Part shown: positions 26,126 through 35,137 of the stretch, one piece after another
How positions within the stretch are numbered: position 1 is the stretch's first letter
Layout of the letters: each line of letters begins with the position of its first letter
NCBI GenBank assembly: GCA_034521595.1
Contig: JAXHMG010000003.1
Span: 3,008,001 to 3,072,000, forward strand
Length of the DNA stretch: 64,000 nt
Origin: Gemmatimonadota bacterium
Lineage (GTDB): Bacteria; Gemmatimonadota; Gemmatimonadetes; Longimicrobiales; Gaopeijiaceae
Direction: 5' to 3'
Position numbers and translations under genes: made by a program
The notes under the pieces: model-generated
Told to the model about the DNA's origin: nothing
The model's database searches: none
The model's input: only the letters and a program-made list of their open reading frames with translations

Positions 26126-28417
26126 CTAGAACCGGTAGGTATAGCTCAGCTTGACCGAGGCGCCGCGTGAGAGCGTGACGAGGTCGGGATTGTCGAGCAG
26201 CCCCGCGCCGAAGTTCTGCCAGTTCTGCGTGTACACCAGGAAGAGGTCGCTTCCCGGGGTCACGATCCACCGGAGACGGGCGAACAACCCTACGAGCTCC
26301 GTCTGGTCGTCGTACTGGAGCTGCGTGGTCGTGCTCACCCACGGCGACGGGTTCCATTCTCCCTCGAGCTCGTACACGTCCGCCGTGAAGCTCCCCTGCG
26401 GCAGGGTCACGTCGTTGTGCTCGAAGTTCGTGGAGATGCTCAGTCCGGGCGCCGGCCGGAACGTGACGCGCGCGTTGTAACCGAGCTGGTCGCCGTTCCA
26501 GAAGCCGCCCCAACCGAAGCCGCCCCAGAGCGAGACCTTCCGCCGGCCCGCCGTGCGACCGAAGACCCTGTAGTCCCAGTTCGTGTATCCACCGGGCTGG
26601 ATCGGCACGTCGAAGATCGCGAACGATCGGTCCAGGAACTCATAGGTGCGGGTCGCCTGGAGGTTGAACCCGTCTCCGCTCTCGAAATTGACCCCGAGCG
26701 GTTGGAACTGCCACTGGCGTTCTTCGAGCACCCCGGTGTCGAGCTGCGTCAGGTTGCGGAACTGCGCCGACCAGTCGATCTCCCGAATCCACGGGATGCT
26801 CTCGGGGCGGTGTGTATAGCCGATTCGGGGCTCGACACGCCGGAAGTTCCTCCGGGTCACGAACCCCACGGCCGGCCGGTAATCCTCGCCGAACTCCCGG
26901 TACGAGAGGTGTCCGCTCCATTCGGGGTTCGGAAAGTTCAGGCGGAAACCACGCGCGGAGAGGTCGCCGAAGGAGCGCTCGACGGACGGCTCGGGGTTCG
27001 AATTCCAGACGACGAATGCTTCGAGCTCGGCGTTGTGGTCCCCCATGAAGTTACGGGTCCCGAGGTCGAGGTCGATGCCGGCCGTGTGGGCGTCGTTGGG
27101 CGCGAATCCGGTCTCGTCCGGGGCGGTCGCCCGCCGGGTGTAGATCGCTCCGATCGCCGACTGCTCGAAGATCCGACGCTTCACGCGAGCGACCGTGAAG
27201 TCCTCGCTGGGGATCTCGACGGCCTCGCCGTCTTCGTCGAGGAACCGCTCGCGTCCCGTGCCGATCTGGTAGAACCCGAGCTCGTAGCGGTCGGCCTGTC
27301 CGGTGAGGCGGGCCCCGTAGTCGATGGGGATCGCCCGTCCCGACGTGAGGCCGATGCGGCGGGAGAAGAAGGGTTGGGGGTTGCTCCGGGGCGCGAACGA
27401 GAAGACGCTGGAGCCTTCGAGGAAGAAGTCGCGCTGCTCGGGGAAGCGCTGCGGGAAGCGGGTCAGGTTCACCTGTCGCTGGTCGCTCTCCACCTCGGCG
27501 AAGTCCGTGTTCAGGCTCACGGAGGCCCGAAGGCTCGAGGTCAGGCTGTAGTTGAGGTCCAGGCTGACGTCCCGGGGATAGGTGTTCGGCTCGCTCACGT
27601 TCGCGGGTGTGTTCCGCCAGCTCGCGACCGCCGAGGGGACGGCCTCGAGCCCGATGCCCTGCGAAAGGTTCTCGAGCCCCTCGAGCCGCCCCGCGAAGAT
27701 CGGGCTGAACAGACCCTCCCCGCGACGCCATCCCCGCCAGAGGATTTCCTCGTTCCGGCGTCGGATGGTCCGCTGGAAGTTGATGCCCCAGCTGTCGATG
27801 CTCGGATTGAAGTTGAGCGTCCGGAACGGAATCCGGATCTCGGCCGACCACCCGTCGGGACGCATCGCGGTGCGGGCCTCCCAGATGCCGTCCCACGCCT
27901 TGTTGATGCCGCCCCCGCCACCCGGGCCGCGCCCGCCCCCTCCGCCGGTGAGGATGCCGTCGCCCATCAGCCCGGCGGCGTTGATCTCGAAGAAGTATCC
28001 GGTCCGTCCGTCCCGGAACGTGTCCAGAATCCACATGAACCGGTCGTCGGTGCCCAGACGGGCGTCCCTCTGACGCTGATACGCCAGCACGCGGTCGGGG
28101 TCGTCGTAGATGACGGCGCCGATGTACAGGTGGTCCTCGTCGAACAGCACCCGGACCTCGGTGGGTTGCGATGGGGCCGCTCCTTCCACCGGCTCCTGCT
28201 GCGTGAAGTCCGTGATGGGCCGGGCTCGCTCCCACAGCTCCTCGTCGAGCCGGCCGTCCACGTCGAGCTCGGCTCCGTCGGGCAACGGCTCCGCGATCAG
28301 CGCGATCTCCTCGTCTCCATCGTCCGAGGGCTCCGTTGGCGTTTGAGCCGAGACGGTCGAGAGGGAGGTGAGCACGACCATCAGCGCGAGGAGGGTCGAA
28401 TGGATCACGGGTGTCAT
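26126..28417 (-). CDS. CBM9-like / DUF5916 outer-membrane protein
   Basis: Signal peptide; DGRLDEELW, WSAEIRIPFRTLNF, WGINFQR, NTDFAEVESD..QVNLTRF...FPEQRDFFLEG; C-terminal YTYRF. Confidence 0.85.
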   Translation of the reverse strand: MTPVIHSTLLALMVVLTSLSTVSAQTPTEPSDDGDEEIALIAEPLPDGAELDVDGRLDEELWERARPITDFTQQEPVEGAAPSQPTEVRVLFDEDHLYIGAVIYDDPDRVLAYQRQRDARLGTDDRFMWILDTFRDGRTGYFFEINAAGLMGDGILTGGGGGRGPGGGGGINKAWDGIWEARTAMRPDGWSAEIRIPFRTLNFNPSIDSWGINFQRTIRRRNEEILWRGWRRGEGLFSPIFAGRLEGLENLSQGIGLEAVPSAVASWRNTPANVSEPNTYPRDVSLDLNYSLTSSLRASVSLNTDFAEVESDQRQVNLTRFPQRFPEQRDFFLEGSSVFSFAPRSNPQPFFSRRIGLTSGRAIPIDYGARLTGQADRYELGFYQIGTGRERFLDEDGEAVEIPSEDFTVARVKRRIFEQSAIGAIYTRRATAPDETGFAPNDAHTAGIDLDLGTRNFMGDHNAELEAFVVWNSNPEPSVERSFGDLSARGFRLNFPNPEWSGHLSYREFGEDYRPAVGFVTRRNFRRVEPRIGYTHRPESIPWIREIDWSAQFRNLTQLDTGVLEERQWQFQPLGVNFESGDGFNLQATRTYEFLDRSFAIFDVPIQPGGYTNWDYRVFGRTAGRRKVSLWGGFGWGGFWNGDQLGYNARVTFRPAPGLSISTNFEHNDVTLPQGSFTADVYELEGEWNPSPWVSTTTQLQYDDQTELVGLFARLRWIVTPGSDLFLVYTQNWQNFGAGLLDNPDLVTLSRGASVKLSYTYRF

Positions 28418-28578
28418 CGATGCGTCTTGGGGTGGATGTCGTCGGGTCGTCGGGATGGGTGGTTGACTGTCCGCAGAGCCCGGGCGAGCTACAGAAGTGT
28501 GATGTACATTGTTTCGTCCTCCAGGGTCCGCGGCTTCCGTTCCGGCCGACCCGACCCGACACGCCCGAACCGACCGGC

Positions 28579-29691
28579 ATGACCACCAACGGCCCCACGG
28601 ACCACGCGTCCGCAGCGCTGATCCGAGACCTCCTCGCCGTTCTGGCCGAGGGGGTCGAGACCTGGCCGCGAGAGCGCTTCGAGGGGTTGGCCTTACGAGT
28701 GTTCCGCCACCAGTACGAGAGGAACGCCACGTACCGGCGCTTCTGCGAGGGACGGGGGCGGCGGCCGGACACCGTGACGTCGTGGACGGACGTGCCCGCG
28801 GTCCCGGTGAGCGCGTTCAAGGCGCTCGACCTGGCGTGCGGTGAGGCGGATCGGGCCGAGGCGGTGTTCCGGACGAGCGGCACCACGGGGGGAGCGGAGT
28901 CCCGGGGGCGTCACTTCGTGCCGTATCTCGACCTCTACCGGGCTTCACTGGAGCCTCCGTTCCGCTCCTACGTCGTGCCGGACGTGGAACGCATCCGCTT
29001 CGTGTCGCTCGTGCCTCGTGCGTCGGACCTCCCCGATTCGTCGCTCTCGTTCATGGTCACCGCGGCCGCGGCGCGGTGGGCTTCGGACGCGAGCTGGGTC
29101 GTGGACGCCGAGGGACGGCTCGACGAGGAGGCGTTGGCCCGAGCGCTCGCGGAGGCGGCCGAAGCCCGCGAGCCCGTGCTCCTTTTGGGCACGGCCTTCG
29201 CCTTCGTGCACGCGCTCGATCGGCATCCCTCGCCCCTGCGCGCGCTTCCGCCGGGGAGCCGGATCATGGAGACCGGAGGCTTCAAGGGCCGCTCGCGCGA
29301 GCTGACGAAGGACGAGCTCCACACGCTCCTCTCCGACCGGACGGGCGTGCCCCGTGCGCGCATCGTGAACGAGTACGGCATGACCGAGCTCCTTTCGCAA
29401 CTCTACGAGCCGGTCCTCGTGGAGGGAGCGGGCGCGGCCGGCACGCACCGTCCGCCCCCGTGGCTGGCCGTGCGGGCTCTGGATCCCGTCACCTTGGACC
29501 CCGTCACCGCCGGCGAGGAGGGCCTTTTGGCGTTCTTCGACCTGGCGAACGCGGGATCGGTGAGCCACGTGCTCACGGAGGATGTCGGCTCGGTCGTCGA
29601 CGGTCGCGTGAAGCTGGTCGGGCGCCTCGAAGGAGCGGAGCCCCGGGGATGCTCGCGGGCGATGGACGAGCTCATGTCGGCGGGGCGGTGA
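28579..29691 (+). CDS. LuxE-like acyl-protein synthetase
   Basis: PAVPVSAFK, FRTSGTTG, METGGFKG, EYGMTELLSQ, DLAN...TEDVG and C-terminal GR..GAEPRGCS. Confidence 0.85.
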   Translation: MTTNGPTDHASAALIRDLLAVLAEGVETWPRERFEGLALRVFRHQYERNATYRRFCEGRGRRPDTVTSWTDVPAVPVSAFKALDLACGEADRAEAVFRTSGTTGGAESRGRHFVPYLDLYRASLEPPFRSYVVPDVERIRFVSLVPRASDLPDSSLSFMVTAAAARWASDASWVVDAEGRLDEEALARALAEAAEAREPVLLLGTAFAFVHALDRHPSPLRALPPGSRIMETGGFKGRSRELTKDELHTLLSDRTGVPRARIVNEYGMTELLSQLYEPVLVEGAGAAGTHRPPPWLAVRALDPVTLDPVTAGEEGLLAFFDLANAGSVSHVLTEDVGSVVDGRVKLVGRLEGAEPRGCSRAMDELMSAGR

Positions 29692-29692
29692 C

Positions 29693-31153
29693 ATGAGCCC
29701 GTCGTCTTCGTTCGACGCGTGGGCGGTTCCGGACGGCGTTCCGACGCTGCCCGGTACGCGCGAGGTGACCGCCTCGCCCGACCTGCAGGTCCGGTGTCCC
29801 ACCGCCGATCCGGACTGGATGCGCGCGGTCGTGCGGAGCCTGGGGGAGGGGCCGGCCGGAGCGGGAGCCGAGGACGAGCACGCCGTGACGGCGCGCGTCG
29901 AAGCGCTGGGCGCGGTCGGACGCCGCTTCCTGGACCCGGACGATCGGCTCCGGCGGGAGGCGCTCGCGCTGCTGCCGCCGACGTCCGGGCTTTCCGAGGC
30001 CATGGCGGAGGTGGTCCTGGACGGCATGGCGCGGGACTGGCTCCCCGAGCGACTGGCGCGCCTCGTGCGCGAGGAGCTGGGCGAGCGCCCCGCGCTCGGC
30101 CGTTTCGTGCCGAGCGGGGACCGCGCCGTCATGGCGGTCGCGCCCCGGCTCTGCGTGCAGTTGGTGGCGGGTAGCGTGCCCGGCGTCGCCGTGAACGCGT
30201 TGATCCGAAGCCTGCTGTTGGGCGCGCCGACGCTGCTGAAGCCCGGCTTCGGGGACGTGACGCTGCCCGTCCTGTTCGCGCGGGCGCTCCGCGAAGAGTC
30301 TCCCGACCTCGCGCGGCGGCTCGCGGTCGTCTACTGGCCGGGAGGCGAGGAAGAGCTGGAAGACGCGGTGCTGGCCGAAGCCGAGGTGGTCACGGTCTAC
30401 GGAAGCGACGCGACGGTGGCTTCGATCCGGTCGCGCGCGCCCGTGAGCGCCCGTGTCATCGGATACCATCACCGCAGCGGCGTGGGCGTCGTGGGGTCCG
30501 GTGTTCTGACTTCGCCCGGGGCGGCCGCCGAGGCCGCCCGGGCGGTCGCGCGCGCCGTGGCCGTATTCGACCAGCGCGGGTGCGTCTCACCGAGGGTCGT
30601 GTACGTGGAGGATGCCGGAGCGGATGTCGCGCCGCCCGGCTTCGCGCGGGAGCTCGCGCGCGCGCTGGACGGGCTGGAAGCGAAGCTGCCGTCCGGTGCG
30701 CTCGGCCGGCTCGAGCGGTCGGCCGTGCATCAGCTCAGGGGAACCGCGGAGATGCTCGCGGCGGGGTGGGGCGATGAGGCCGATGACCGGCCGCGGGTGA
30801 TGCACGGCGGAGACGCCGCGCCCTGGACCGTCTTCTACGATCCGTACCGGGCCCTCGAAACGAGCTGCGTTGGGCGGGTCGTCGTGGTGCGGCCGTTCCG
30901 CACCCCGGAGGAGCTCCATGCGCGGCTGGCCCCGGTGGGCCCGCACCTACAGACGGTGGGCGTGACCGGACTCGGCGACCGCCTCGAGGCGGTCGCCGAA
31001 GCGTTGGGCCGCATCGGGGTCGCGCGCGTCGCGCCCTTCGAGACGGTTCCTTTTCCGCCGCCGTGGTGGCATCATGACGGACGAGGACCGCTCAACGACC
31101 TCGTTCGCTGGGTCGATCTCGAAGGGGGCGGAGTCGGATTCGATGGCGATTAA
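29693..31153 (+). CDS. LuxC-like acyl-CoA reductase
   Basis: AGSVPGVAV, LLKP, YWPGG, VYGSD.TV, FDQRGCVSP (catalytic Cys region), HHDGRGPL..LVRWVD. Confidence 0.85.
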   Translation: MSPSSSFDAWAVPDGVPTLPGTREVTASPDLQVRCPTADPDWMRAVVRSLGEGPAGAGAEDEHAVTARVEALGAVGRRFLDPDDRLRREALALLPPTSGLSEAMAEVVLDGMARDWLPERLARLVREELGERPALGRFVPSGDRAVMAVAPRLCVQLVAGSVPGVAVNALIRSLLLGAPTLLKPGFGDVTLPVLFARALREESPDLARRLAVVYWPGGEEELEDAVLAEAEVVTVYGSDATVASIRSRAPVSARVIGYHHRSGVGVVGSGVLTSPGAAAEAARAVARAVAVFDQRGCVSPRVVYVEDAGADVAPPGFARELARALDGLEAKLPSGALGRLERSAVHQLRGTAEMLAAGWGDEADDRPRVMHGGDAAPWTVFYDPYRALETSCVGRVVVVRPFRTPEELHARLAPVGPHLQTVGVTGLGDRLEAVAEALGRIGVARVAPFETVPFPPPWWHHDGRGPLNDLVRWVDLEGGGVGFDGD

Positions 31154-31344
31154 TCCTCTTCGGGTTGCTGCTCCGCCCTCCACACGACCATCTGCCGGCC
31201 ACCGTTCGGGTTTTCCTCGACTCGGACCGTAAGTGAGTCCCCTTCATCGATTCCCAGGTCGTCGCGCATATCCAGTGGAATCGTGATCCGGCCGCCCACG
31301 CCGACAGTAACGTCCGTGTAGTAGAGCGTCCGATAGATTGCCAT
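31150..31344 (-). CDS. AbrB/MazE/SpoVT family DNA-binding protein
   Basis: RBS GAGGAGG; VGVGGRITIPLDMRDDLGIDEGDSL. Confidence 0.8.
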   Translation of the reverse strand: MAIYRTLYYTDVTVGVGGRITIPLDMRDDLGIDEGDSLTVRVEENPNGGRQMVVWRAEQQPEED

Positions 31345-31460
31345 CGAGCCTCCTCGTGTTCGCAACAGAGCCGAGTAATCTAAACAAAGTCGCATGCCTC
31401 GGGTACGGACGCCGCGCGTCCCACGCTACACGGAGCATCCCACCACACCATGACCCGTTG

Positions 31461-32408
31461 ATGACCGACTACGAGCTCGCCGTGCGCATGCAGGGGGTGA
31501 CCAAGCGCTTCGGGTCCCATAATGCCGTGTCGGACTTGGATCTGGATGTTCCGGCGGGGTCCATCTACGGCCTTCTCGGACCCAACGGATCCGGCAAGAC
31601 GACGGCGATCCGGATGATCATGGGGATCCTGCATCCGGATGTCGGGACCGTGAGCCTGTTCGGAAGTAACCCGGATCTCTCGCGGCGGGAACGGGTCGGC
31701 TACTTACCCGAAGAGCGGGGCGTCTATCGGAAGATGAAGGTCATGGATCTGCTCCTCTTTCTGGCCGAGATCCGTGGCATCTCCCGGGCCGAGGGACGCA
31801 GGCGCGCCTCGGCGTGGTTGGACCGGCTCGATCTCGGGCCGTGGGCCGAGCGGCGGGTCGAGGATCTCTCCAAGGGTATGCAGCAGAAGGTCCAGTTCGT
31901 GGGCACCGTCATACACGAGCCGCGCCTCCTGATTCTCGACGAGCCCTTCAGCGGGCTCGACCCGATCAACCAGGACGTGCTCGAAGGCATCGTGCGGGAG
32001 CTGAGCCGAGCGGGCGTCACGATCCTCCTGTCCACGCACCTCATGGACCAGGCCGAGCGCCTGTGTGAGCGTGTCTGCTTGATCTCCAAGTCCCACAAGG
32101 TCTTGGATGACGACCTGCGCGCACTCAAGGCACGGGAGCGCCGGGGCGTCGTCGCCGTCGAGTTCACCGGACCCGACCGCTGGCTCGAGCGGCCGGAGAT
32201 CGAGGCCGTGGAGTGGGTGGAGGGCACGCTCCACCTGGTCCTCTCCGATCCGGACGCCCACCAGTCCGTGTTGCGCGGGGCCATGGCCGACGGCGCGGAG
32301 ATTCTGAGGTTCGATCTGGTCGAGCCCCGCCTCCACGAGATCTTCCTGCGGCACGTGGGAGCCGAGGGCCCCAGGCCGGCCGAGTCCGACCCGGGACGGG
32401 TCGCGTGA
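31461..32408 (+). CDS. ABC transporter ATP-binding protein (NatA/YhaQ-like)
   Basis: GPNGSGKTT, GYLPEERG, LSKGMQQK, LDEPFSGLDP. Confidence 0.92.
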   Translation: MTDYELAVRMQGVTKRFGSHNAVSDLDLDVPAGSIYGLLGPNGSGKTTAIRMIMGILHPDVGTVSLFGSNPDLSRRERVGYLPEERGVYRKMKVMDLLLFLAEIRGISRAEGRRRASAWLDRLDLGPWAERRVEDLSKGMQQKVQFVGTVIHEPRLLILDEPFSGLDPINQDVLEGIVRELSRAGVTILLSTHLMDQAERLCERVCLISKSHKVLDDDLRALKARERRGVVAVEFTGPDRWLERPEIEAVEWVEGTLHLVLSDPDAHQSVLRGAMADGAEILRFDLVEPRLHEIFLRHVGAEGPRPAESDPGRVA

Positions 32409-33670
32409 GCGCGCGCAACGTCTGGGCGGTCGTGCGCCGCGAGTACCTGCAGCGGGTGCGGTCGCGTTGGTTCGTCGTCTCGACCGTGGGGGGGCCCGTC
32501 CTGCTCTTCGCCGTGCTCGCCGTCCCCGCCTGGTTCGCGACCTCGTCCGACGAGCCGGGACCACGCATCGCCGTGGTGGACGGGACCGACGCCCTCTACG
32601 AGCGCGTGGCCGACGACTTCACGGAGGCGGGCTACACGGTGGAGGAGGTCCGTTGGCGGAATACCGTGGTCGACACCCTCCGCCGCCGTGCCGCCGAGGG
32701 CGAGATCGGCGGATTCGTCATGCTCGACCAGTTCACCCTCCAGTCCGGGGACGCGGTCCTCTACGTGAACCGACGTCCGACCGGACTGCAGCGAGCTGCC
32801 CTGCGCTCGGCGATCGTCCGCGCGGCCCTGGAGGTTCAACTCGAGCAACAGGGGGTCGACGTCGAAGCGATGCTCGCCGGTGGCGCGCTGGACGTGCAGA
32901 TGCTTTCCCCGGAGAGCGCGCGCGAAGGCGAGCCGCGCTTCCTGATCGCCTACGTGGGCGCCTTCCTTCTCTACATGGTCATCCTCCTCCACGCCGTAGC
33001 CGTGATGCGGGCCACGTTGGAGGAGAAGACCAGCCGCATCGTCGAGGTCATCATCTCGGCCATGGAGCCGTGGCACCTCATGTTGGGCAAGGTGCTCGGG
33101 GTGGGGGCGGTCGCGTTGACGCAGCTTCTCGCGTGGACGCTGACCGGCGCCCTGATCGTTGTGAGCGGCCTTCCCACGTTCGTGGCCGGCGGCGGGTTGC
33201 CCCCGGCCGAGCCGGGGACGGGTGGGGTGGACCTGATGTCCGCGCTTCCCGGTCCCACCCTCCTCGCGCTCTTCGGCGGGTATTTCGTCTTCGGCTTCTT
33301 CATCTATTCGGGACTCTACGCCGCGGTCGGGGCCATGTGCAGCAGCGACGACGAGGCGCAGCAGGCGCAGCTGCCGCTGGTGATGTTCTTGATCGTCCCG
33401 ATCGTGTTCGTCCTCCACGTCATCGAGAACCCTGGCGCGCCCCTGTCGGTCGCGCTGTCGCACTTCCCGCTCTTCACGCCCATCCTGATGTGGGCGCGCA
33501 TCGCGGGCGGAGCGGTCCCCGCCTGGGAGATCGCCGTCTCTTTCGTTGTGATGGCCGCGGCGATCGTGGCCATCGCCTGGGTGGCCGGCCGCATCTACAA
33601 GGTCGGGATCCTCATGACGGGAAAGCGTCCGACGCTGGGTGAGCTGTGGCGGTGGGTGCGCGAAGCCTGA
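32405..33670 (+). CDS. ABC-2 type permease (NatB/YhaP-like)
   Basis: GTGA overlap; RREYLQRVRS, EEKTSRIVEVIIS, LMLGKVLG, RIYKVGILMTGKRPTL.EL.RW. Confidence 0.88.
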   Translation: MSARNVWAVVRREYLQRVRSRWFVVSTVGGPVLLFAVLAVPAWFATSSDEPGPRIAVVDGTDALYERVADDFTEAGYTVEEVRWRNTVVDTLRRRAAEGEIGGFVMLDQFTLQSGDAVLYVNRRPTGLQRAALRSAIVRAALEVQLEQQGVDVEAMLAGGALDVQMLSPESAREGEPRFLIAYVGAFLLYMVILLHAVAVMRATLEEKTSRIVEVIISAMEPWHLMLGKVLGVGAVALTQLLAWTLTGALIVVSGLPTFVAGGGLPPAEPGTGGVDLMSALPGPTLLALFGGYFVFGFFIYSGLYAAVGAMCSSDDEAQQAQLPLVMFLIVPIVFVLHVIENPGAPLSVALSHFPLFTPILMWARIAGGAVPAWEIAVSFVVMAAAIVAIAWVAGRIYKVGILMTGKRPTLGELWRWVREA

Positions 33671-33690
33671 CCGGCGGGGCGCCCGCCCGG

Positions 33691-34188
33691 TCAGGGACCG
33701 CGTGCGTCCGCGGGATGTCGGACGGGAACGGTCAGCGTCACATCGGACGCCTTGGCGAGCTCGAACGTGACTTCGATGCTGTCGCCGGCCACGGGGCGCC
33801 TGACGAGCGTCTCCAGCATCCCGTGGAGGGAGCCGGGCGCGAGGTGGACCGGACTCCCGGGTGGTAGCTCGATCGCGTCCAGAGGGCGCATGCGCATGAG
33901 CCCCTCCTCTCGGGTCATCTCGTGAAGCGAGGCGTCACGCGCTACCGGGGACGCCACCGCGGCCAGGGTGTCGGGCGTCGAGGCGTGGTTCACCAGGGTG
34001 GCGTAGAGCCCGAGCCGGTCGGTGCCGAGGGGATCCAGGGCGAACGCGTCCGAGACCGTGACCGTCGGCGGGGTTCCTTCGCCCTCCGGCGTGCACGCAC
34101 CGGCGACCAAGGAGCACGCGATCACGAGGAGCCCCATGGACCGCCCGGCCACGGCCGCCGGTCCGTTTACCACGCCGGGTCCGTTCAC
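33691..34188 (-). CDS. PCuAC copper chaperone lipoprotein
   Basis: LHEM...MRMR...LAPGSLHGML motif; lipobox VAGAC; start at 34188 or 34137. Confidence 0.82.
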   Translation of the reverse strand: MNGPGVVNGPAAVAGRSMGLLVIACSLVAGACTPEGEGTPPTVTVSDAFALDPLGTDRLGLYATLVNHASTPDTLAAVASPVARDASLHEMTREEGLMRMRPLDAIELPPGSPVHLAPGSLHGMLETLVRRPVAGDSIEVTFELAKASDVTLTVPVRHPADARGP

Positions 34189-34820
34189 CAGTCGTGCGCG
34201 AGGAGGGTGCGAAGATCCGCGGCGATGGCGTCCGGGGTCGCGGAGCCTTCGTGGTAGCCGAAGCGCCCCAGAAGCTCCGGGGTGAACACGAACAGAACGT
34301 CCGGGTGCGCGACCTCGTACCATCCGGAGTCGGGCCGCTCCTGGTCGGGCAGGACGTAGCCGAGCTGCTCCGCCGCGTCGTCGACCTCCTCCTGCGTGCC
34401 GGTCAGGCCCACGAAGGTGGAATCCATGCTGCCGAGCCACTCCCCGACCCGGTCCGGCGAATCACGCGCCGGATCGAGGGTCACGAAGACGGGCAGCACT
34501 CGGGCGCGCTCCTCCGGCTCGAGCCGAGACAGCGCGCGTGCCACGCTCGACATCGTGATCGGGCAGACGTCGGGGCAGTGCGTGTACCCGAAGTAGAGCA
34601 GGGTGACCTTGCCGCTCGCCTCGGCGCGTAGCTCGAATGGCTCGCCGTGCTGGTTCGTGAGCGTGACGACCGGCATGTCGCGTGGCTGCCTGAACTGCGT
34701 GGCGGAGATGTTCTCCGTCACGCTCGCGAGCTGGCTCCCCTCTTCGGGAGGCGCGCACGTCGCCAGCGCCAGCCAGGCTCCGGTGAGCGCGAAGAACGAA
34801 GTCAGCCGCCGCGTTCGCAC
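34185..34820 (-). CDS. SCO1/SenC family copper chaperone
   Basis: YFGYTHCPDVCP, VTLDPARD, GLTG, YEVAH. Confidence 0.92.
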   Translation of the reverse strand: MRTRRLTSFFALTGAWLALATCAPPEEGSQLASVTENISATQFRQPRDMPVVTLTNQHGEPFELRAEASGKVTLLYFGYTHCPDVCPITMSSVARALSRLEPEERARVLPVFVTLDPARDSPDRVGEWLGSMDSTFVGLTGTQEEVDDAAEQLGYVLPDQERPDSGWYEVAHPDVLFVFTPELLGRFGYHEGSATPDAIAADLRTLLAHDW

Positions 34821-34824
34821 GGGA

Positions 34825-35136
34825 TTACTCCGCTCCGTCCGCGTTCTCGGGGAGGCACGACCTCAAGAGACCCTGCAGGTGCCTGGTGTCGAAGGTGCGC
34901 GCCTTGGCCACCGCCTCCTCGTAGCTGTCCTCGATGATGATCACGGTGGTCCGAGCGGCCAGCCCCGGAGCCTCGTCGGCCGGGTCGAACCGGAGCCGCC
35001 CCCGATAGGACGTCGGCCGATGGGGATCGTCGTCGAACTCCAGATAGGCTTCCCAGATGCGGCCTTCGTGCGTGAGGGTCGCCACGTGCAAGCCGGGCAC
35101 GGAGCCGGAGGAGGATTCGTGAGGTCCGGAAGTCAT
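34825..35136 (-). CDS. Hypothetical protein
   Basis: Tightly packed in the operon with host-like codons. Confidence 0.65.
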   Translation of the reverse strand: MTSGPHESSSGSVPGLHVATLTHEGRIWEAYLEFDDDPHRPTSYRGRLRFDPADEAPGLAARTTVIIIEDSYEEAVAKARTFDTRHLQGLLRSCLPENADGAE

Positions 35137-35137
35137 G

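Noticed and set aside
28579-31153. Bioluminescence operon
   Set aside because: No luxA/luxB/luxD/luxG in the window.
31150-31344. Toxin-antitoxin module
   Set aside because: The AbrB-like gene has no adjacent toxin ORF; it converges directly on luxC.
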